64,000 bases of DNA from a virus, in IMG/VR virus record IMGVR_UViG_3300014835_000071, positions 27,338 to 91,337 of that record; one strand, 5' to 3'. Below are positions 57,174 to 64,000 of the stretch, in pieces; position 1 is the stretch's first letter; every line of letters begins with the position of its first letter. Below the pieces are notes generated by a model. It made no database searches. It had not been told where the DNA came from and worked only from the letters and a program-made list of their open reading frames with translations. Made by a program: the position numbers and the translations under genes.

Positions 57174-60100
57174 TATGATCTCCCAACCGCAATTTCAATG
57201 ACACCAGCTTCACCGGTGTGTTTATCTTCTAATGCTTTACCAATGATAGCACCGAGTATTGGTGACAATGCTCGAATGGCATACCCTTTTGTATTTGAGG
57301 TTGTCAATAAGTCTCCTTTACTGACTTTACCAATTACCTTGCATGGTGTCCTACCAACTAACGCAATACATACCTTGATACCATTTTGTTCAGTATTCAT
57401 TACGTATGCTGGGTTGGTCGTGACAACACCTGCCAACTTAGTGTCATTCGTAGTGGATGATATAGTAACTTCATTTTCACCACCAAAAACTAATACAGTG
57501 CCTGGTTCATAATCATAATCACCGCTGTAATATTCAGCCAAATCAGCATATGTTGCCTGTAACCTACTAGCGCCAGTCAATGACCAAATACCTTGAATAG
57601 ATCCAGGACCAGTATCGGTGCCATTTGTGGTAATATTATAAGCCTTTAAGGTAACTGAACTGGTATTCAAATCAAGTAAACTTGATGTTGTCAATCGCCA
57701 TTGCCCAGTTAACGTGGCTGCGATACCAGGGGCACCTGCCGTGAGTGCGTTTGCCATCAATATGCCATTTGTTGTATTCAAGGTACCATATGTGGTTATT
57801 GCAGTATCTGACCCAGTTGTACCACTGGCTGTCAAAAATTGATATGTCCCCGGAGTATACATCGAAGTAGTCGTACTTATTACATTAATTGTCTTATAAC
57901 CACTGATGTTCAATTGGGTAGTATCAATTTCACCAGCTGGCAATGTCTTCAATAAACTATTCCCCCCACGAGTGGCAGTAATTGGTAGAATACTATACTG
58001 ATTATTACCATTTGGATTAGTGATACCATTGAAAGTAGCATCGGCATTCGAGGTAACAATCATGGCACCCACCCTGCTGAATGAGGTATTCTTAACACCA
58101 TTGCCATCAGTCACGATTTGAGCAGCAGTAATCTCAGTTGGTACACCAAGTATACCATCCCGGCGGCCTAAAATACTTGTACCACCGATAAATTGCAGTT
58201 TGGCCAATCTAACACCAGTTGCAGTAGATGTTGAATCCAGTAAAGTAATCCAGCCACCTATACTAAGAAACTCAGCCGACGCAAAACTAGCCAAGCCTAG
58301 GTTGGCTTGTGTGATATCAACGGCATTATTAAGAACATTAGCAACCGACATTGCTAACTTACTTTGTTCAATTGCCGCATTGGTATTGATCATTGAATTG
58401 ACAATTTTACCCGATTGTACAACGGTAGTAAATGCACCAGTAATTGAATTATAATTTATATTAACATCGCCAGTTGGCAAACTAACATTGCGCCATTTGG
58501 CCAAAGTAGTATCATATGTTAAAGAACTGCCATTCGTGAGATTCGGCGATACCATAGTAACAACCCCAGTGGGTGTCGCTGTTGCTCTAGCACTTAGAGC
58601 AATGGTAGTTTGCGAAGTCAAAACATCATATGAATAACTGACCACGGTTTGGCCAGAACTAAACCCCGTTCCGGTAATTACATACCCATTACCTATCGAA
58701 CCAGATATATCTGATATCGTTAACGTGTCACTTTCAGTGCCACCAGTTACTACAGTGGCAACACTTTCAAAATTTGTAACATCTTTCAATTTGAATACTG
58801 AATCAAATTGATTAAATTTGCCATCGATATATTGTTTATTAACTGCATCACTTGGATCTAATGGATTAGCTAAATTAACAATACGAAAATATGATGCCAT
58901 ATTTATATTGCCTTTCATCGCTAGTGAACCGGTTAATGGTAAGAAACCAGTACCGATTAGCTCAGGTATCGCAATTGGATTTCCATAGTAATCTAACCCT
59001 AATCTTTTGTCAATAAAACTTCTAATGGCTGATTGAACAGGGACAATATCTGGTGCATTATTGGTCATGGCCGAATCAGTGGAAAATTCACTTACCACAA
59101 CGCCTCGTTTAAAACCAATACCATTTAAATTTGATAATGCAATATTAGCACTAACCGTCACCGTACCAGTGCCCTGGTCAACTGCGAAAAAATTACCTAC
59201 TTTAAAAATACCATTTTGATTAGTCGATACATAAAAACATCTACCAACACCTTCCTCCAATACCTCAAGTGATTCATCAGCTGTTTTTGATGATTCCCCA
59301 TAAATGGAGTAAGGTATATTGGTTGTTGTATAACTGCCGGTACCAATGTCACAAAAATCATGCCCTGTCGCACGGCATGTACTAATTTGTGAAGTGACTT
59401 GCCCAGATACGCCAGCGGCATAGCCTAATTGTAATGAATAAGGAGTTATCGCATCAACTGGCCTACTGATACCCAATGGTGAACTGGTACTATGAGTAAC
59501 TTCAGCAGAAATAATGGTACTGCCAGTTCCATACGTACCTGGGTCATACTCATACCGTAAGGTTATATCAGTAGTTGAACTAGCGGTGCATAATAGTAAT
59601 CCATTGTACAATGGATTACTATTTCCAGTTACTGTATAATAAATGCCAGTTGTTGGGGCAGTTATGGATGAGAATGATAATACCACATCATGTGGATCTA
59701 TATCCGTACTACCTTCCACTTCGCCGACAAGCAATATAGTAAAAATTAATCCAGCAGGAGTACCAGCAGTGGTAGTAATAGCACTACCACCTAACGTACT
59801 AGATAATGTAAATGCAGTTGACCCATCCGTGGCTATCACATAATAGATTGTTGGATTTACGTATACTGGAGTATCAATACTGCCAGTACCAATATTTACA
59901 CCACTGATCGTAACCGTTTTACCAATCACAATCAATGAACTGGCCGATACGCACGTGAACTGACCAGCAGTTCCTATTATCACATCACTCACTGCAAAAC
60001 TGTCAGTTGGCCCACCTTCATATTCAACTTTACTAACAAAACCAGTTGATGAAATACGTGTACCAAATCCATAACTTGCTGAATAATAAGTAAATAAACT

Positions 60101-63100
60101 ACCACCGTCTGCGGTACCAACCGGAAATACCACTCCGGCAAGTGTTTCACTAATTGTTATAACATTTGCCACTACACTTATGATGTAATAAATAGCACCG
60201 GGTATTATATTTCCCAATGAGCCGGTAAAAATTATACTGTTGTTTATTGATAAATTTGCGGAATTACTTACTGTTATGTCATTAGTTGCAATTGATGTTA
60301 TGTTTCCAGCTGTACCAGGGTCAGTTGTATATAAAACTGACATAGTCACTACTGAAGTGCCCACGCTAGCAGTATTACTAATAATTGGTGAATTATTCAA
60401 CACTGCCGATAAAGCAGCCCCTCCTAAAACCTGACTTAATGTCACATTTGGTGTTCCAATGTATCCGTACCCAGCAGTGATTATTTTTATAGGGGAGACA
60501 ATGCTGCCATTGCTTATAGTACATGAAGCTTGCGCTTGTACTATACCGCCGCCATTAGATATGGTAATAATTGGAGCAATTGTGTATCCACTACCTGGGT
60601 TATCAATATGAATACTACTAACAACTGCAGCAAGACTAGCAGTAAGCATCGCATCAGCTAAAATCCAACACGCAGGAGTTATCGTAAATTGAGTCCCATT
60701 GTCAATTGATTGTACAATGGCACCAGGTGGGATATATGATCCAACTGTTGTGGTTGTTACTAGCATACCAACGATTAAATTAGCAGTGCTGCCAATGGTA
60801 ACACTCGTCTGACTAATTACACTTGAAATGCGATGAGGTCCATTATATAAAGTGTTTGAATTCCCCACTACAGTAATTGAACTATCAACAGGGGGTAATA
60901 CATTGTATAAATTATATGGTATGTTAAATGTGACAATTTTAGAAGATGTACTGCCAATCTGTAAGGTAGCATTGGCATATGTCATGGCAGTTATCGAAGA
61001 TCCATCAGCAGAATTGTTAATAATTGCGGTCGCATCAATTTCTATATACCCATGTGTATTTACTGTGGTATATCCCAGGACTCTATGCAATCTACCGTTC
61101 AATGCGGTGATATAAGTACCTTTGTTAATTTGATCAATTACAACTTGTGAACCAATAGTCAATATTGCTATTTTCGTATCACCTATCTTAGATCCTTGTG
61201 TTTTACCCGCATCAGTTGGATCAACTGTACTAATACGAGTAACGTCAGACGTACATGTATAATAGGTAAATGGCGTATCACTCTGTAAAATAGCAATATT
61301 ACCAGTTAATAATTCACCAGTTGATTCATTCAAGTCATATGAGATGATTCTATAAATATCACTTAAATTTTCAGTATATTGCAATGCGGTAGATGGCCGT
61401 GTTGGCTTGACATTTATTATATTATCAAATTTAACATTGCGTAAAGCCCGCATTGATACCAGTTGCCCATCATATAGGGCATTAGCCAATCCAGTACTTG
61501 ATGTATTATTTTCACCGGATGTACCCAGTGTTAATTTAATTACATTTTGCCCATTGGCCATTATACTGGTATGCTCAACCATACTAATTTCATAACGAAC
61601 TATGGCACCACCGTTAATACTATGATCAATTTCCAACTCAGTTATTGTAGTCGGTGTATAATCATATCCAGTGATCCAAATTGATAATGATTGAGTAGTT
61701 GGGGTGGGGATCATAAATCCGCTAGTACTGCCACGTTTGTAAACATACGCAGTTTGCGCCATGTTATTAACAATAGTCACCGCATCGGGAAATTCAGAAG
61801 CATCATACCCAGACGAACGCAATCCGTGATAGCCGAATGAATTAGCACAGCTAATACCCCGGAAAGTTCCACCATTACTAGCCCAAAATCCGGTATGTGC
61901 GTAGTAGGTAAATACGGAAGTGTGCTCAGCAAAACCGCCATTTGTGACAATGGTACCATAACCCATATCATTGAAGTTAACAAAATCATCAGCTAACATT
62001 GACCGAGTTCCGCCCATTTCAATGTTAATGTTCAATCCAGCACCATTGTTCAAAAATGAAATTACCGCAGTTTGAATGGTAGATTTAGCCGAGTTAATTG
62101 CCACTGCTGCATTTTGCAAATCACTGGATTGACTGGTTAATATTGGATAAATCACAGTAACTGGGGTATTAAAAACCCCATCAGTGACATAATCAATAAG
62201 TATATCACTCAATGAATTGGTAATTGTCACATAAGTAGCAGGAGAACTAGGTGCATTAGCAATTATCTGGGTCTTGGTATTACCCACAGTTGGGGTTATT
62301 GAACTACCCGCTATTATATTTTGTAAAATAATCTTCAATCTAGCATGAGCAGCTGCGCACACTGTATTTTCGAGAGGGATATAACTAGTAGTATCCCAAT
62401 AGAATGACTCGGCACTATTTTTAGTTTGGCTATTACCGCCATACAACACATCATACGTCATGGCATCAATGATATAACCAATGTCACGACGACTAGTCAA
62501 TGTGTTATAATTAGCATATTGTTTAATCGGATAATGCGAAGCAATCCATGCAGTTAACTCAAACTGAATGAACATCCTGTTATTCTGGATAATATTAGCT
62601 GCTTTGACCAAATCGGCATTGGCACCAACCGGGGCAGTCCAAATAATAGCTGGAGTAGCCGCATCACCAAAGTCTACCATGTGTGCCATGATTGCAATAT
62701 TGGTGGTGATTGCAGCTTGAGCATTTATATTTGTAGTATACGTATTTGATAATATACCAGTTTTACCAATGCCAGCAATAGTGCTTGTTTGTAGTTCGCC
62801 TACTAAAGCACTGGCATATTTTCGCAAAAATGCTCTACCTGTATGAATTGACCGATAATTAGTTCCCAATACCATATCAGTAGTTACCGCATCGATTATA
62901 TACCCGACATCACGAGCTGCTTTCACTGTGTCATAATTGAGTACGCCTATCGTAGTATATAGATATGGAGTATTAACGTGCATGGTTAATTCAACAGTGG
63001 CAGTTGCCGCATTATAACTTTTAATAGCATCAATTTGATATCTATGTCCATGTACATAAAATACACATGGTACCTGTGGAGGTCTTACATCCAATCCAGT

Positions 63101-64000
63101 ATTGAGACCACCAACTACCTTGATGGTATGACCATTGTCACCATAATCGGCAACTTTAGTAATAGTACCGTAAAGTCTACCAGCAAATCCATCAATATAT
63201 TGACCACCGGCAAATCGTTTATAATTAGTACTCTGGGAAAAACTAGAACACATCTGAATATATGGTGATTTAGTTTTAATATTACCATTAGGATCTAATA
63301 CTAAGGCAAAACCCCCATGTCCTTGGAATGTAATCCCAACACAGCGAACTGCTTCATTACAAAGCAGAACATCAATATCTTTGTTGTTCTTCGCAGGACT
63401 ATTGATATCAAGTGGATTAGTCAGATAATGGCGACCATAATTAATAGTATTAAAGATATACCAAGTACCAGCCGAATGCAGTCCAGTTTGACTGAATGGA
63501 TATATAACGGTGCAATTCAGTGTGTTGCCACTAACCGAATTAACCACTGCCTTACCGCGTTTAGCATTACCATTAATTGTCACATTATCAGCGACCACTT
63601 TGCCGAGCCATGCCAGATCACCTTGGCGATTGTCACTTAATGTAATGACCATATCCCCAGTAATAGCACCAACTGACATGGATATCCCAGTTGGTGCTAG
63701 ATTGGCTCCACTGTAATCAACCATGCCTACTTCTAACCCATCAATTATCGCATCTCGATAAAAAAATGTATGTCGCCAAGGACTTTGACTGCTACGATCT
63801 TTGGGACGAATGAATGTTCGCCGAATCTCGTCACCTTTGATGGAACAATTGGTGGGTAATTTTATTGGAAAATCCTCATAATATATCCCACTTTCAACCA
63901 TTATGGTGATCTGTAAATCTGGAATGGTTTCGCCAAAATCCAATTGTTCGCCCAATACAAAAAATCCAGGTTTTGTCATTTGTAACTTAATTACGTCATA
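57173..64000 (-). CDS. Giant tail fibre/spike protein (>2268 aa, 5'-truncated) with beta-helix-like region and C-terminal Peptidase_G2-like domain
   Basis: Frame stays open to base 64000 (YDVIKLQMTKPG...); SPYIQMCSSF and NGG..VFTYY..G..A.NGG segments; two RD(V/I)GYIIDA..D repeats; C-terminal TYADLAEYY...YEPGTVLVFGG..EVT...IALVGRTPCKVIG. Confidence 0.85.
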   Translation of the reverse strand, partial: YDVIKLQMTKPGFFVLGEQLDFGETIPDLQITIMVESGIYYEDFPIKLPTNCSIKGDEIRRTFIRPKDRSSQSPWRHTFFYRDAIIDGLEVGMVDYSGANLAPTGISMSVGAITGDMVITLSDNRQGDLAWLGKVVADNVTINGNAKRGKAVVNSVSGNTLNCTVIYPFSQTGLHSAGTWYIFNTINYGRHYLTNPLDINSPAKNNKDIDVLLCNEAVRCVGITFQGHGGFALVLDPNGNIKTKSPYIQMCSSFSQSTNYKRFAGGQYIDGFAGRLYGTITKVADYGDNGHTIKVVGGLNTGLDVRPPQVPCVFYVHGHRYQIDAIKSYNAATATVELTMHVNTPYLYTTIGVLNYDTVKAARDVGYIIDAVTTDMVLGTNYRSIHTGRAFLRKYASALVGELQTSTIAGIGKTGILSNTYTTNINAQAAITTNIAIMAHMVDFGDAATPAIIWTAPVGANADLVKAANIIQNNRMFIQFELTAWIASHYPIKQYANYNTLTSRRDIGYIIDAMTYDVLYGGNSQTKNSAESFYWDTTSYIPLENTVCAAAHARLKIILQNIIAGSSITPTVGNTKTQIIANAPSSPATYVTITNSLSDILIDYVTDGVFNTPVTVIYPILTSQSSDLQNAAVAINSAKSTIQTAVISFLNNGAGLNINIEMGGTRSMLADDFVNFNDMGYGTIVTNGGFAEHTSVFTYYAHTGFWASNGGTFRGISCANSFGYHGLRSSGYDASEFPDAVTIVNNMAQTAYVYKRGSTSGFMIPTPTTQSLSIWITGYDYTPTTITELEIDHSINGGAIVRYEISMVEHTSIMANGQNVIKLTLGTSGENNTSSTGLANALYDGQLVSMRALRNVKFDNIINVKPTRPSTALQYTENLSDIYRIISYDLNESTGELLTGNIAILQSDTPFTYYTCTSDVTRISTVDPTDAGKTQGSKIGDTKIAILTIGSQVVIDQINKGTYITALNGRLHRVLGYTTVNTHGYIEIDATAIINNSADGSSITAMTYANATLQIGSTSSKIVTFNIPYNLYNVLPPVDSSITVVGNSNTLYNGPHRISSVISQTSVTIGSTANLIVGMLVTTTTVGSYIPPGAIVQSIDNGTQFTITPACWILADAMLTASLAAVVSSIHIDNPGSGYTIAPIITISNGGGIVQAQASCTISNGSIVSPIKIITAGYGYIGTPNVTLSQVLGGAALSAVLNNSPIISNTASVGTSVVTMSVLYTTDPGTAGNITSIATNDITVSNSANLSINNSIIFTGSLGNIIPGAIYYIISVVANVITISETLAGVVFPVGTADGGSLFTYYSASYGFGTRISSTGFVSKVEYEGGPTDSFAVSDVIIGTAGQFTCVSASSLIVIGKTVTISGVNIGTGSIDTPVYVNPTIYYVIATDGSTAFTLSSTLGGSAITTTAGTPAGLIFTILLVGEVEGSTDIDPHDVVLSFSSITAPTTGIYYTVTGNSNPLYNGLLLCTASSTTDITLRYEYDPGTYGTGSTIISAEVTHSTSSPLGISRPVDAITPYSLQLGYAAGVSGQVTSQISTCRATGHDFCDIGTGSYTTTNIPYSIYGESSKTADESLEVLEEGVGRCFYVSTNQNGIFKVGNFFAVDQGTGTVTVSANIALSNLNGIGFKRGVVVSEFSTDSAMTNNAPDIVPVQSAIRSFIDKRLGLDYYGNPIAIPELIGTGFLPLTGSLAMKGNINMASYFRIVNLANPLDPSDAVNKQYIDGKFNQFDSVFKLKDVTNFESVATVVTGGTESDTLTISDISGSIGNGYVITGTGFSSGQTVVSYSYDVLTSQTTIALSARATATPTGVVTMVSPNLTNGSSLTYDTTLAKWRNVSLPTGDVNINYNSITGAFTTVVQSGKIVNSMINTNAAIEQSKLAMSVANVLNNAVDITQANLGLASFASAEFLSIGGWITLLDSTSTATGVRLAKLQFIGGTSILGRRDGILGVPTEITAAQIVTDGNGVKNTSFSRVGAMIVTSNADATFNGITNPNGNNQYSILPITATRGGNSLLKTLPAGEIDTTQLNISGYKTINVISTTTSMYTPGTYQFLTASGTTGSDTAITTYGTLNTTNGILMANALTAGAPGIAATLTGQWRLTTSSLLDLNTSSVTLKAYNITTNGTDTGPGSIQGIWSLTGASRLQATYADLAEYYSGDYDYEPGTVLVFGGENEVTISSTTNDTKLAGVVTTNPAYVMNTEQNGIKVCIALVGRTPCKVIGKVSKGDLLTTSNTKGYAIRALSPILGAIIGKALEDKHTGEAGVIEIAVGRS

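Noticed and set aside
1-64000. Alternative genetic code (stop-codon reassignment)
   Set aside because: Conserved enzymes and multi-kb genes are intact under the standard code, and TAA, TAG and TGA all occur as coupled stops.
1-64000. tRNA or rRNA genes
   Set aside because: Intergenic gaps are at most about 130 nt and no cloverleaf/T-loop pattern was seen; a tRNAscan run would be the formal check.

Overview
Gene-dense, AT-rich 64 kb segment of a large (probably jumbo) tailed dsDNA phage with a T4-superfamily-like gene repertoire, standard genetic code. No tRNA, rRNA, CRISPR array, integrase or transposase was recognised. Layout: (i) 1-17.6 kb, + strand: tail/baseplate and fibre paralogs followed by a translationally coupled five-gene cassette with three putative glycosyltransferases; (ii) 17.7-30.3 kb, - strand: small hypotheticals, a MoxR-type AAA ATPase + HExxH/VWA pair, T4 RNase H-like 5' nuclease, probable sliding clamp, family-B DNA polymerase, T4 DsbA-like protein; (iii) a lone + strand HNH nuclease; (iv) 30.8-38 kb, - strand: a putative late unit of probable capsid-internal proteins rich in [ILV]-x-E sites that embeds three adjacent, structurally unrelated nucleotidyltransferases (Pol-beta-type, KxDG ligase-type, HxGH-type), the strongest candidate for an uncharacterised system; (v) 38-46.5 kb: ClpA, class-B DnaJ, holin + GH19 endolysin, clamp loader, GroES and a stand-alone DnaE fragment that stops before the catalytic aspartates; (vi) 46.5-64 kb: baseplate and very long fibre genes. 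Two promoter classes are visible: four near-perfect sigma70 promoters (17 bp spacers) and nine TAAATA late-promoter candidates. All assignments come from motif recognition by eye; no database search was run.
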